Shown: one piece after another, positions 37,091 to 46,647 of the stretch
Layout of the letters: each line of letters begins with the position of its first letter
Numbering within the stretch: the first letter of the stretch is position 1
Assembly: GCA_028713285.1 (NCBI GenBank)
Contig: JAQTOP010000010.1
Span: 207-64,206, forward strand
Length of the DNA: 64,000 nt
Source: Terrimicrobiaceae bacterium
Lineage (GTDB): Bacteria > Verrucomicrobiota > Verrucomicrobiia > Chthoniobacterales > JAATET01
Direction: 5' to 3'
Notes under the pieces: model-generated
Databases searched by the model: none
What the model saw: the letters and a program-made list of their open reading frames with translations, nothing else
Told to the model about the DNA's origin: nothing
Translations under genes and position numbers: made by a program

Positions 37091-37474
37091 ATGGCCGAAG
37101 TCCAACGCAACCAGCTCAGCGGCGAAATGACGCAGCGCTTCATCGAGTTTATCATGATGCAAGCGCAGCAGGCTGCGCTCTTCCTCGGTCGCCTGCCGAA
37201 TCCCCAGACCGGCAAACCCGAGGTGAATCTCGATGTCGCGCACATGCTCATCGACCAGCTTGAAATGATCCGCGAGAAAACCCGCGGCAACCTCAACCAC
37301 GAGGAAACCGAAATCCTCGGCAGCATCCTTTCCGACCTGCAGCTCGGCTACGTCCAGGCGACAAACGCGGCGAATGCCGCCGCCACTGCGCCGCCTGCGC
37401 CCGAGGGTCGATCCGGCCCGCTCCCCGCCGATTCGGAACCCGAAAAACGCTTCACGAAGAGCTATGGCGGGTGA
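37091..37474 (+). CDS. DUF1844 domain protein
   Basis: The block FIEFIMMQAQQAALFLGRLPNPQTGKPEVNLDVAHMLIDQLEMIREKTRGNL is typical of DUF1844. Confidence 0.7.
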   Translation: MAEVQRNQLSGEMTQRFIEFIMMQAQQAALFLGRLPNPQTGKPEVNLDVAHMLIDQLEMIREKTRGNLNHEETEILGSILSDLQLGYVQATNAANAAATAPPAPEGRSGPLPADSEPEKRFTKSYGG

Positions 37475-37534
37475 CTTGGGGCGGTTCCGCATTTTCCGCT
37501 TTCCATCGAAAATCGTTCCCTTGAATCTCGGGTC

Positions 37535-38566
37535 GTGAGCACGTCCCTGCCCGATGTCATTTCTGAGGGTGTTGATCCCGCCCGCGTCCCCGTCCGCCGT
37601 CTCGCATCCGGCGCCACCATGCCTGCAATCGGCCTCGGCACCTTCGGCTCGGATCGCAACCCGCCGGAGGCCATTGCAAATGCCGTGCGCGGCGCCGCGG
37701 CCGTGGGCTATCGGCACTTCGATTGCGCCTCCGTCTATGGCAACGAAGACGCCATCGGCCCCGCTTTCGAGGACATCATCGCGGGCGGCGTTCCTCGCGA
37801 GGAACTCTGGATCACCTCGAAGGTCTGGAACGACCGCCACCACGAAATCGCCGCCTCCTGCGAACAATCGCTCGCCGACCTGCGCCTCGATTACCTCGAC
37901 CTCTTCCTCGTTCACTGGCCTTTTCCAAATTACCATCCGCCCGGTTGCGACGTCGATGCGCGCAGTCCCGACGCGAAGCCCTACATCCACGAGGCATTCA
38001 TGCGCACGTGGCGTCAAATGGAGGCCCTTGTGGACCGCGGCATCGTCCGCCACATCGGCACCTCGAACGTCACCATTCCCAAGCTCAAACTCATTCTCCA
38101 CGACGCACGCACCCGCCCCGCCGTGAACGAAATGGAGTTGCATCCACATTTCCAGCAGCCCGCGCTCTTCGACTACGTGCGCGCGCAGGGCATCGCGCCG
38201 GTGGGTTATTGTCCCATCGGTTCGCCGCACCGTCCCGAGCGCGACCGCACGCCCGACGACACCTCGCCCATCCAGGATCCTGTGATTCTCGACATCGCCG
38301 CCCGCCATGGCGTGCATCCCGCACTCGTCTGCCTCAAATGGGCCGTCCAGCGCGGGCAGACTCCGATTCCCTTCTCGACGAACCCGCGCAACTTCCTCGC
38401 AAACCTCCGCGCCGTCACCGAGGATCCCCTCAGCGCGGACGAGATGACCGAGATCGCCGGCATCGACCGAAATTGCCGCCTGATCAAAGGTCAGGTGTTC
38501 CTGTGGAAGGAAGGCCAGACCTGGGAGGACCTGTGGGACGTCACGGGCGAAGTCACCCCGCCGTAA
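37535..38566 (+). CDS. Aldo/keto reductase (cytoplasmic)
   Basis: The ORF starts at a GTG. AKR blocks are MPAIGLGTFG, YRHFDCASVYGNE, LWITSKVWN, DYLDLFLVHWP and IGTSN. Confidence 0.88.
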   Translation: MSTSLPDVISEGVDPARVPVRRLASGATMPAIGLGTFGSDRNPPEAIANAVRGAAAVGYRHFDCASVYGNEDAIGPAFEDIIAGGVPREELWITSKVWNDRHHEIAASCEQSLADLRLDYLDLFLVHWPFPNYHPPGCDVDARSPDAKPYIHEAFMRTWRQMEALVDRGIVRHIGTSNVTIPKLKLILHDARTRPAVNEMELHPHFQQPALFDYVRAQGIAPVGYCPIGSPHRPERDRTPDDTSPIQDPVILDIAARHGVHPALVCLKWAVQRGQTPIPFSTNPRNFLANLRAVTEDPLSADEMTEIAGIDRNCRLIKGQVFLWKEGQTWEDLWDVTGEVTPP

Positions 38567-38588
38567 CCCGCAATCGATCCGAATTTTC

Positions 38589-39671
38589 ATGAGCACCATC
38601 CCCACCGCGATGCAGGGCGCCATTCTTCCCGGCAACAGCACCACCCGCCTGAGCGAATTCCTCGTGCCCGAGCCCGCCCACGGCGAAGTCCTCCTCCGCA
38701 TGAAGGCCTCGACCATCTGCGGCTCCGACATCCGCTGCATCTACCACGAGCACCTCGGCAAGGGCGCAGAGGGCTACCAGGGGGTGATCGCGGGTCACGA
38801 ACCGTGCGGCCAGATTTTGAAGACCGGCCCCGGCTGCCGCCGCTTCCAGGCGGGCGACCGCGTGATCGTCTATCACATCTCCGGCTGCGGCGTGTGCAAC
38901 GACTGCCGCCGCGGTTACATGATCTCCTGCACCAGCGAGAAATATCGCCGCGCCTACGGCTGGCAGCGCGATGGCGGCATGGCCGAGTATCTGCTCGCCG
39001 AAGAGAAAGATCTCGTCCGCCTGCCCGACGAGCTTTCCTACGTCGATGGCGCGCAGGTCGCCTGCGGCTTCGGCACCGTCTATGAGGGTCTCGAAAAAAT
39101 CGGCATTTCCGGCAACGACGCGGTCCTCATCACCGGCCTCGGCCCCGTCGGCCTCGCGACCGGCGCGCTTTGCCGCAAGCTCGGCGCGAACCGCATCATC
39201 GGCATCGACGTTGTCGAGGAACGCATGCGGCTCGCGCTCGATCTCGGGCTTTGCGACGAGGTCCTCAAATCCGGCCCCGAGAACGTCGCCGACGTGCGCC
39301 GCCTCACCGGCGGCCACGGAACCGAGCGTGCCGTCGATTGCTCGGCGAACGCCGCCGCCCGCGCCACCGCCATCCGCGCGACGCGCAAATGGGGCCGCAT
39401 CGTCTTTCTCGGCGAGGGCGGCAAGGTCGAGTTCAACCCCTCCGAGGACATGATTCACGACCAGAAAACGCTCTACGGCTCGTGGGTCACGTCCATCTGG
39501 CGCATGGAGGAACTCGTCGAGCGCCTCGTCCGCTGGAATCTCCACCCCTCCGACTTCGTCACGCACCGCTTCGCCCTCGACGCCGTGGACAAGGCCTACG
39601 CCCTCATGGCCGGCGGCCGCTGCGGAAAGGTCGCCGTTTGCTTCGACGAGGAACTCGCCGTCGCCGGCTAA
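38589..39671 (+). CDS. Zinc-dependent alcohol/sugar dehydrogenase (MDR family)
   Basis: Catalytic zinc ligands are in ICGSDIRC and GHEPCG. A structural zinc Cys cluster is at [15 protein letters not shown], and the Rossmann motif is ITGLGPVGL. Confidence 0.88.
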   Translation: MSTIPTAMQGAILPGNSTTRLSEFLVPEPAHGEVLLRMKASTICGSDIRCIYHEHLGKGAEGYQGVIAGHEPCGQILKTGPGCRRFQAGDRVIVYHISGCGVCNDCRRGYMISCTSEKYRRAYGWQRDGGMAEYLLAEEKDLVRLPDELSYVDGAQVACGFGTVYEGLEKIGISGNDAVLITGLGPVGLATGALCRKLGANRIIGIDVVEERMRLALDLGLCDEVLKSGPENVADVRRLTGGHGTERAVDCSANAAARATAIRATRKWGRIVFLGEGGKVEFNPSEDMIHDQKTLYGSWVTSIWRMEELVERLVRWNLHPSDFVTHRFALDAVDKAYALMAGGRCGKVAVCFDEELAVAG

Positions 39672-39696
39672 AAAAGCCCGCGCACAAACGATTCCC

Positions 39697-40134
39697 ATGC
39701 TCCTCGGCATTTCCCCGCTCCTCAGCCCCGACCTCCTCGCCACGCTCCATCGCATGGGACACGGCGATGAAATCATTCTCGCGGACGCCCATTTTCCCGG
39801 CGAATCGTTCAACCCCCGCGTCCTGCGCGCCGACGGCCTGCGCATTGCCGACCTCCTCGCAGCGATCCTGCCCCTGTTCGTGCTGGATCCCTACGTCCCA
39901 AACCCGCTGGCCATGATGGCTGCCGTCCCCGGCGACACCCTCGATCCGCAGGTCGAGGCCGCCTACCTCGCGGCGATTCGCCGCACCTGGCCCGACACCG
40001 CCCCGCCCGAGCGCATCGACCGCTTCGCCTTCTACGAGCGCGCCCGCTCCGCCTTCGCCGTCGTCATGACCGGAGAAACCGCGAAATACGGAAACATCCT
40101 GCTGAAAAAAGGCGTGACTCCGCTGACGGCGTAG
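39697..40134 (+). CDS. fucU: RbsD/FucU-family sugar mutarotase (L-fucose mutarotase-like)
   Basis: The 145-aa protein has [18 protein letters not shown] and NILLKKGV blocks typical of FucU. Confidence 0.8.
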   Translation: MLLGISPLLSPDLLATLHRMGHGDEIILADAHFPGESFNPRVLRADGLRIADLLAAILPLFVLDPYVPNPLAMMAAVPGDTLDPQVEAAYLAAIRRTWPDTAPPERIDRFAFYERARSAFAVVMTGETAKYGNILLKKGVTPLTA

Positions 40135-40219
40135 TTTTCCCAATCGACGGACCAGGACGCAGGCGTCCCGATTCCCGCTCGGTTGACATCAGGACATCAA
40201 TCGCCACATGCTAGGATGC

Positions 40220-40483
40220 ATGCGAACGACATTGACCCTCGACGACGATGTCGCCGCGTTGTTGCGCGAGGCGTTGAAGAGCGGAAATGCATCACTCAAA
40301 GCCGTGGTCAACGAGGGCCTTCGGCGGGGACTCTCCGGCGAAAAGCCGTCCGGGAAGGCACCGGTCCATCGCACCGCCACGGTTGACCCGGGCCGCTGCC
40401 TCATGGGCCGGATCGAAGATGCCGCCGAACTCATCGCGCTCGCAGAGGGTTTGACGGGCATGCGGAACGATTTCACAACGTAG
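40220..40483 (+). CDS. VapB-type (DUF2191/RHH-like) antitoxin, apparently orphan
   Basis: The ATG at 40220 gives MRTTLTLDDDVAALLREALKSGNASLKAVVNEGLRRGL, a canonical antitoxin N-terminus. No PIN/VapC ORF follows. Confidence 0.65.
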   Translation: MRTTLTLDDDVAALLREALKSGNASLKAVVNEGLRRGLSGEKPSGKAPVHRTATVDPGRCLMGRIEDAAELIALAEGLTGMRNDFTT

Positions 40484-40879
40484 CTTGGCACCGTAATCGC
40501 GTTCGCCTGCGCCCAAAGCACGCGCGGCCTGCGTTCGCTCCAAGGGGTATTTGGCCGGCGTTTGCAGCCCGGCGAGTTCGTAGATACCTATCTCCCGCCA
40601 GGCATCGCCTTTACCAAGCTTCCCAATCGTGAACCCGAGCGAATCCGTTGCTGGGAACCGACAACTTGAGAACGAACGGGCTTTTTTCCGTTGACATTCC
40701 CGGGGTCCTGCCCTTTCTTTGGCCAACGTAGAACTTCACCTCCAGTCCGGCATCGACCGGGCGGCGTCCCACGAATCATCCCATCCGGGCGCGAGTCGAG
40801 TTCCACACTTTCACGGCGCACCGTTTCCGCTATCCAATAGCGGGCACTTGCCCATCCGCAGAATCAGGAAACCAACATA

Positions 40880-41635
40880 ATGGCCGGCCACAGTAAATGG
40901 TCGAAGATCAAACGCACCAAAGGTGCCCTCGACGTAAAGCGCGGAAAGTTATTTTCCCGCCTCTCGAAGGAAATCACCGTCGCCGCACGGCTCGGGGGAG
41001 GCAATCCCGCCTTCAACCCCCGCTTGCGGGCGGCCATCTCCACGGCCCGAGCCGAATCCATGCCGAATGACAATATCGACCGCGCCATCAAAAAAGGCAG
41101 CGGTGAACTCGATGCCTCCAGCGTCGAAGAACTCGTCTACGAGGGCTATGCCCCCGGCGGCGTCGCTCTCATTATCGAAACCGCCACCGACAACAAAAAC
41201 CGCACCGCCGCCGACCTTCGTCTCGCCATGTCGAAGAATCACGGCAACCTCGGCGGCTCCGGCAGCGTCGCCTTTATGTTTCACCGCAAGGGGCAGATGG
41301 CTGTGCCCGCCATCACCACAGACGAGGACCGCCTCCTCGAGATCATTCTCGACGCGGGCGCTGAGGAGTTGACACTCGACGAGGATCAGTTTGTGATCAC
41401 CACGCCGCCCGACCGGCTGTATTCGGTCGCGGATGCGCTGAAGACCGCGGGCATCGAGCCCGAATCTCCGAAGCTCACGTTTATCGCGGAGAATACCGTC
41501 GCCGTCACCGACGAACAGACCGCCGCCCAGGTGCTGAAGCTCTGCGACGCACTCGACGACCTCGATGATGTGATGAACGTCCACGCCAATTTCGACATTC
41601 CCGAATCCACGCTCGCGAAACTGCAGGCCGCCTGA
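40880..41635 (+). CDS. yebC: YebC/PmpR-family transcriptional regulator
   Basis: The N-terminus MAGHSKWSKIKRTKGALDVKRGKLFSRLSKEI is near-invariant in the family. Confidence 0.93.
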   Translation: MAGHSKWSKIKRTKGALDVKRGKLFSRLSKEITVAARLGGGNPAFNPRLRAAISTARAESMPNDNIDRAIKKGSGELDASSVEELVYEGYAPGGVALIIETATDNKNRTAADLRLAMSKNHGNLGGSGSVAFMFHRKGQMAVPAITTDEDRLLEIILDAGAEELTLDEDQFVITTPPDRLYSVADALKTAGIEPESPKLTFIAENTVAVTDEQTAAQVLKLCDALDDLDDVMNVHANFDIPESTLAKLQAA

Positions 41636-41672
41636 GCCCGCCGCGCGCATCCAGAACCCAATTGATTTTTTT

Positions 41673-43169
41673 ATGACCGAGGACACCCAAACCCAGCTTT
41701 CCGACACGCGGCCCGCCGTGAACGAATCCACCGAGCCACCCCAGCGCCCGCGTCGTGGCCGCCCACCCCGCCGCCGGGAACCTGAGGCGAATGCCGGATC
41801 ACCCCTGGCGAATGGCGCAGCGCCCGCCTCTGCCGCGGATTTCGAACGCCCCTCACCGAATGGCACGCTTGCCGCCACGGCGGAGGATCCGGCTCTCGTA
41901 TCCCCCGAGGTGACTCCCACGCAGGAGCTCGTCGCGGTCGAAGACATCGTCGTCGCGCAAACCACCCCGCCCGAAACCTCCGCCGCGCCCGCGATCGAGG
42001 ACTCCTCGCCGCAGGCAACCGCACCGGCTCCCGAGATTTCCCGACCCGCGCCGCAACCGCCCCCGCCCGCGGTTTATGCGGAGGGCATCGTCGAGGTGTC
42101 CGGCAAGGGCTTCGGCTTCCTGCGCGAGCCGAAACGGAACTTCACCCAATCGAACAACGACGTCTTCGTCACCCCCGAGGTCATCCGCAAACACAACCTG
42201 CGCGACGGCATGTGGATCAAGGGCGAGACCCGCCGGGGCCCGCGCGGCCCGCAGCTGTTCAAGCTCACCGAACTCGAACACGAAAATCCCGCGAATTTCG
42301 ACACCTTCCCGGTCTTCGAGGAACTCACGACCGTCAGCCCCGACCGGCGCATCAAGCTCGAAACCACGTCCGATCTCTACACGACACGCGTGATCGACCT
42401 CATCGCGCCCATCGGTCGCGGCCAGCGCGGCCTCATCGTCGCCCCGCCCCGCACCGGCAAGACCACGCTGCTCCAGCATATCGCCGGCGCCGTCGTGAAA
42501 AACTATCCCGACATCAAGCTCATCATCCTGCTCGTCGATGAACGGCCCGAGGAGGTCACCGAGATCCGCCGCACCGTTCCGCAGGCCGAAATCATGGCCA
42601 GCTCGAACGACTCCGACGTGAAGACGCACACCCGCATCTCCCAGCTCGCCATCGAACGCGCCAAGCGGCTCGTCGAGATGGGCAAGGATGTCTTCGTGCT
42701 CATGGACTCGCTCACCCGCATGGGCCGCGCGTTCAACAACGCCCAGGGCGGCGGCGGACGCACCATGAGCGGCGGCGTCGATTCCCGCGCGCTGGAAATT
42801 CCCCGCAAGCTCTTTGCCGCGGCTCGCAACACCGAGGAGGCCGGCTCGCTGACCATCGTCGCGACCGCGCTCATCGAGACGAACAGCCGCATGGACGACC
42901 TCATCTTCCAGGAATTCAAAGGCACCGGCAACATGGAGCTCGTGCTCGGCCGGCTTATCGCCGAACAGCGCATCTACCCCGCGGTCGATATTTTCCAATC
43001 CGGCACCCGCCGCGAGGAGCTGCTGCTGGCCCCCGAGGATTTGCACAAAATCAACGTCATCCGCCGCGGCCTCGCGGGCCACAAGCCCATCGAGGCCATC
43101 GAGCGCCTGCTGTTTTTCATCCGCAAATACCCGACGAACGCCGAGATGCTCAAAGGCATCCCGGGTTGA
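41673..43169 (+). CDS. rho: Transcription termination factor Rho with ~130-aa low-complexity N-terminal extension
   Basis: The RNA-binding domain is GIVEVSGKGFGFLRE. Other blocks are Walker A GLIVAPPRTGKTTLLQ, VLMDSLTRMGRAFN and RIYPAVDIFQSGTRREELL. Confidence 0.95.
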   Translation: MTEDTQTQLSDTRPAVNESTEPPQRPRRGRPPRRREPEANAGSPLANGAAPASAADFERPSPNGTLAATAEDPALVSPEVTPTQELVAVEDIVVAQTTPPETSAAPAIEDSSPQATAPAPEISRPAPQPPPPAVYAEGIVEVSGKGFGFLREPKRNFTQSNNDVFVTPEVIRKHNLRDGMWIKGETRRGPRGPQLFKLTELEHENPANFDTFPVFEELTTVSPDRRIKLETTSDLYTTRVIDLIAPIGRGQRGLIVAPPRTGKTTLLQHIAGAVVKNYPDIKLIILLVDERPEEVTEIRRTVPQAEIMASSNDSDVKTHTRISQLAIERAKRLVEMGKDVFVLMDSLTRMGRAFNNAQGGGGRTMSGGVDSRALEIPRKLFAAARNTEEAGSLTIVATALIETNSRMDDLIFQEFKGTGNMELVLGRLIAEQRIYPAVDIFQSGTRREELLLAPEDLHKINVIRRGLAGHKPIEAIERLLFFIRKYPTNAEMLKGIPG

Positions 43170-43179
43170 GAGATTCGCG

Positions 43180-43195
43180 ATCTCAAATTTGAGAT
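43180..43195. terminator. Perfect 16-nt palindrome in the 41-nt gap between convergent genes (candidate bidirectional terminator / repeat)
   Basis: The sequence atctcaaatttgagat is its own reverse complement. It lies 11 nt after the rho stop and 16 nt before the stop of the convergent gene. It sits in an A/T-rich low-complexity tract (..gagatttcaaattcgaggcttcaaaatc..). Confidence 0.4.
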
Positions 43196-43210
43196 TTCAA
43201 ATTCGAGGCT

Positions 43211-43762
43211 TCAAAATCCGCGATAGTGGTAGCTGAGCATCCGAAAGGTCTCCGCGCCTTTTTCGGCGGTATATAAAATCAGCCGCAGCGAGGTGTAGGA
43301 TTGCGTCCACTGGTAGCCGACAATTGTCTGCACCACGTCGCCCTCCCTCGAGGTCTGCCGCGCGATGTTGCGGCTCGTGCCGTATTTCCGATCCAGATTC
43401 CGCCGGGTCTGCTCGAAGATGGACGCGAATTTCTGGCCGTCCCACGCATCGTCCCCATATTGCAGCTCGACCTCCACCAGCGAATCGTTGTCGAAGCTGA
43501 ACAACGAGCGCTTGAGCCTGGGATCCGGGTGCCCCTCGACGACGAGGACCTTCCGCCCGTTGACGACTTTGCGATCCACCACGCGGGCCTGCGCCCGCTC
43601 GATGGTATCCTCGACGAGCTGCGACGCGTCGCCCCAGCGGAAGTTGAACGGCACCTTGATCTCTTCCGCGGCCCGCGACGACGCAGCAACCATGCAGAGG
43701 AGGGCTCCGGCAAGCGCGAGGAGGCGGAACGCGGCGGAAATTTTCGGACAAACAGGCGTCAT
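43211..43762 (-). CDS. Secreted hypothetical protein (183 aa)
   Basis: An ATG at 43762 inside track ORF 43211..43969 gives a signal peptide MTPVCPKISAAFRLLALAGALLCMVAASSRA. I recognise no family. Confidence 0.65.
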   Translation of the reverse strand: MTPVCPKISAAFRLLALAGALLCMVAASSRAAEEIKVPFNFRWGDASQLVEDTIERAQARVVDRKVVNGRKVLVVEGHPDPRLKRSLFSFDNDSLVEVELQYGDDAWDGQKFASIFEQTRRNLDRKYGTSRNIARQTSREGDVVQTIVGYQWTQSYTSLRLILYTAEKGAETFRMLSYHYRGF

Positions 43763-43808
43763 CGGGCGAGCAGCATTCGATAGCACAAAATGCGTCCGGC
43801 GCACGCGC

Positions 43809-44975
43809 TCATTGCGCCGCTGGCGCGAGCAGGAACGATCCCGCATCGAACGCGGCGACGCGATCCAACTGGCGCAGGGCAAACTCTTCCACCACGATCC
43901 CATCGCCTTGGAAAATTTTTGCCTCCCCCGCTCCGGCGCCGCCCGCGAGGGCGAATCGTTTCCAGCCACCCGCCGCTGAGACCTCGATCAGCTCGATCCC
44001 TTCGGGCGAGACCAGCGCGCTGCCGGGGTTCGTCGCGATGGCCTTGAAGCGAAGGCTGGTCTTGCCCGGCTGCAGCGCATTTCCCACAAGCGAAACGGTG
44101 AGCGAGTCCGCTGGCGGAACAGTTCCTGCGTCGGCGACGAGCTTTCCATCCGCAATGCCGAAGTTCGCGCAAGGCTGTAGCGTCCGCTCGAAGACAACCT
44201 CCCAATCCGCGACGACCTTGCCGTCCTTCGTCTCGGCAGGCCGGCTGGCGTTGCGGCGCAGCAGGCGCACACGCTCGACTCCGCCCGGCCCGGTTTCCCG
44301 GAGCAGGATCGCATCCTCCGTCGGCGACGCCAGCACCTCCACGGGCTGCGGTTCATCCTTCGCAACGCGCAGCGCCCGTTCCGGTTCGCCCTCCCTGCCC
44401 ACCTGAACGACGACCTTCTGGCCGTGGTCGTCGAGAATCATCCATCGAGCGCCCTCCGGCCCGGCGGCGGGCGGAGAGGTAGCAATGTCGAGCGCGCCAT
44501 CGCTGCGAATCTTTGCGAAAACCGGCGCCGCGGAAGTCTCGATTTCGACGCCGAGCGCGTTCGGCCAGCGGCACAGCTTCACCCAGGTCGCCGGGATGCG
44601 GTCCTCGGCCATCCAGTCGTTGAAATGAAAGGCCTCCCCTTCCACCTTCACGTCCGCGCCGACCACGTAACCGCGGGCGGAATAGCGTCCCGCTCCGCAG
44701 GCAGTCCCTCGCTCGTCGCGCCCGTCCCACGTCGCGATGTAGCCATTCGTATCGACTTTGAGATCCGAAGATCCCGGCTCAAACCGCAGCGTGCGCACCA
44801 GCCGGCCGGCGGCGTCGAAAATGCCCAACGCGATGCGCCCATCGAGATCGGGCGGCGTAAACGTGATCGCGACCGGAGGCTTCGACGCGCGCTCGGCGGG
44901 AATTTCGTCCTCCTGTGCCCGCGCCGGGACGAGCATAAGGACAGCCAGCAGGATGAGCAGGGGAACAGGGTTCAT
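43809..44975 (-). CDS. Secreted hypothetical protein with FlgD-Ig-like beta-sandwich motif
   Basis: The ATG at 44975 (ATGA overlap with the GH57 gene) gives a signal peptide MNPVPLLILLAVLMLVPARA. The motif is GRLVRTL..ATWDGRDERG...GAGRYSARG. Confidence 0.7.
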   Translation of the reverse strand: MNPVPLLILLAVLMLVPARAQEDEIPAERASKPPVAITFTPPDLDGRIALGIFDAAGRLVRTLRFEPGSSDLKVDTNGYIATWDGRDERGTACGAGRYSARGYVVGADVKVEGEAFHFNDWMAEDRIPATWVKLCRWPNALGVEIETSAAPVFAKIRSDGALDIATSPPAAGPEGARWMILDDHGQKVVVQVGREGEPERALRVAKDEPQPVEVLASPTEDAILLRETGPGGVERVRLLRRNASRPAETKDGKVVADWEVVFERTLQPCANFGIADGKLVADAGTVPPADSLTVSLVGNALQPGKTSLRFKAIATNPGSALVSPEGIELIEVSAAGGWKRFALAGGAGAGEAKIFQGDGIVVEEFALRQLDRVAAFDAGSFLLAPAAQ

Positions 44976-46552
44976 GCGTAGTAACGCCATTGGACCTCGG
45001 GAAAAAGACTGTCGCGCGACTCGCAAAATTCAACGAATTCCTCGTCCGCCCGTCCCGCGACGAGCTTGTCGTGGAGCCGAGTGAAGCGGAGCAGATGCTC
45101 CTTCGTGCGCTGCGTGGCGTATTCCCGCGCGGTGCCGGTTTTCATGAGGAACGCCCAGTCGCTCGACTGCGCCAGCAGGAGTTCGCGCGCCATTTGCCGC
45201 AGGGTGCGCTCGACGTGCGGCGACGGATTCACCGCAAAGAGCCGCGCGCAGTCGGTCATGCGCCGGGCAGCCGCATGCAGATGCGGATAAATCCACGAGT
45301 TGGATCGATCGAGCCACACCTCCCAGTAGCCCTTGTTGCCCCAGCTCGAGGGAGCGGGCGCGACGAGCTGCTGCGTGGGATGGCGCTTCAAATAATCGCT
45401 CGGCGTCGCGAGCCGGAACGCCTGCTGATCGAACGCCGCCTTGCGCAGAAAGAGATTCAGGAACTCGGGTCCCTCGAACCACCAATGCCCGAACAACTCC
45501 GCGTCGAACGGGCTCAGCACGATCGGCTCGACCGGCAGCACGCCGCCCAGGTGCTCGAACTGCCGCACCCGGCTGTCGAGAAAGTTTCCCGCGTGCGAAT
45601 CGGCGGCGGCGGCGGCCCACGCGAGGTTGTAGAATTCTTTTTCCTCACCGGAGCCCGTGATGCGGTGGTATTTGATCCCGGTGAATCGGCGATGATCCGA
45701 CGGCACGAAACGCCCCAGGTATTCCTGCGGCAGGTCCTGCCCAATGTCGCGGTAGAAATCCCGATACGCCGGGTCGCCGGGATAACCCTCGCGCTGGCTC
45801 CACACCTGCCGGCTCGAATCGCGGTCGCGCCCGAAAACCGCGGGCCCCGCCGGCGTAAAATACGGCGAGTAGATCGCGAAGCGCGGCTTCGGCCGGCCAA
45901 ACATCAGCCCGTGCGCGTCCACGACGAACCACCGGATATTCGCCTCCTGCAGAATCCGCCCGACCGCCGGCACATATGCGCACTCCGGCAGCCAGATGCC
46001 CGCCGGCTGGCGGCCGAAGCACTCCACATACGAATCGCGCCCGATGAGTATCTGCGCGCGCATCGCCTCGGGGTAACCCTCCATCAATGGCAGGAAGCCG
46101 TGCGTCGCCGCGCAGGTGATGATCTCGATCACGCCGTCGGCCTGCAATTGCGCGAACGCTCCGACAATGTCGCGGTTCAGCTCGCGCGTATAAAAATCGA
46201 GCGCCTCCGAGAATCGCCGAAGATAGAAGCGCGCGAGGTCGTTGAGCGCCGCCTCGCCCGCCGTGCGTTCGACCTCCGCCCGCGAGAGATCCACCCCGCG
46301 CGCAAGGTAACGCTCGGCCCGGCCTTGCAGGAGCGGGTCGCGCAGCATCTCGCAGAGCGTGGGCGTGAGCGTGAAGGTGAGGCGGATCGGCGCCCGCTCG
46401 ACGGCGAGCTGCCGCAACAGGCGCAGCAGAGGGATGTAGGTCTCCGTGATGGCCTCGTAGAGCCAGTCCTCCTCGTGAAAATCCCCGTGCTCCGGGTGGC
46501 GCACGAACGGCAAATGCGCGTGCAGAATGAGAGCCAGGGAACCTTTCGACAT
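44972..46552 (-). CDS. GH57-family 1,4-alpha-glucan branching enzyme
   Basis: The ATG at 46552 gives MSKGSLALILHAHLPFVRHPE. Blocks EIITCAATHGFLPL, WLPECAY and PFDAELFGHWWFEGPEF are typical of GH57 plus a DUF1957 C-terminus. Confidence 0.88.
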   Translation of the reverse strand: MSKGSLALILHAHLPFVRHPEHGDFHEEDWLYEAITETYIPLLRLLRQLAVERAPIRLTFTLTPTLCEMLRDPLLQGRAERYLARGVDLSRAEVERTAGEAALNDLARFYLRRFSEALDFYTRELNRDIVGAFAQLQADGVIEIITCAATHGFLPLMEGYPEAMRAQILIGRDSYVECFGRQPAGIWLPECAYVPAVGRILQEANIRWFVVDAHGLMFGRPKPRFAIYSPYFTPAGPAVFGRDRDSSRQVWSQREGYPGDPAYRDFYRDIGQDLPQEYLGRFVPSDHRRFTGIKYHRITGSGEEKEFYNLAWAAAAADSHAGNFLDSRVRQFEHLGGVLPVEPIVLSPFDAELFGHWWFEGPEFLNLFLRKAAFDQQAFRLATPSDYLKRHPTQQLVAPAPSSWGNKGYWEVWLDRSNSWIYPHLHAAARRMTDCARLFAVNPSPHVERTLRQMARELLLAQSSDWAFLMKTGTAREYATQRTKEHLLRFTRLHDKLVAGRADEEFVEFCESRDSLFPEVQWRYYA

Positions 46553-46647
46553 CGGGAGCGCCCCAAAATAGGGTGCGACCAGTCGGCGCGCCAGCAAGAT
46601 TGAGTTGCCCGCGCCGGAATGCCGCCGTTACCTTTGCACCCGCTCCC

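Noticed and set aside
38553-39845. 430-aa minus-strand ORF
   Set aside because: It is antisense to the Zn-dehydrogenase and FucU genes and has a low-complexity A/G/D/E-rich translation.
40292-40726. 144-aa minus-strand ORF as a candidate toxin partner of the VapB-like antitoxin
   Set aside because: It overlaps the antitoxin gene on the opposite strand. It has no PIN, RelE or HicA-like motifs that I can recognise and lacks a sensible start context.
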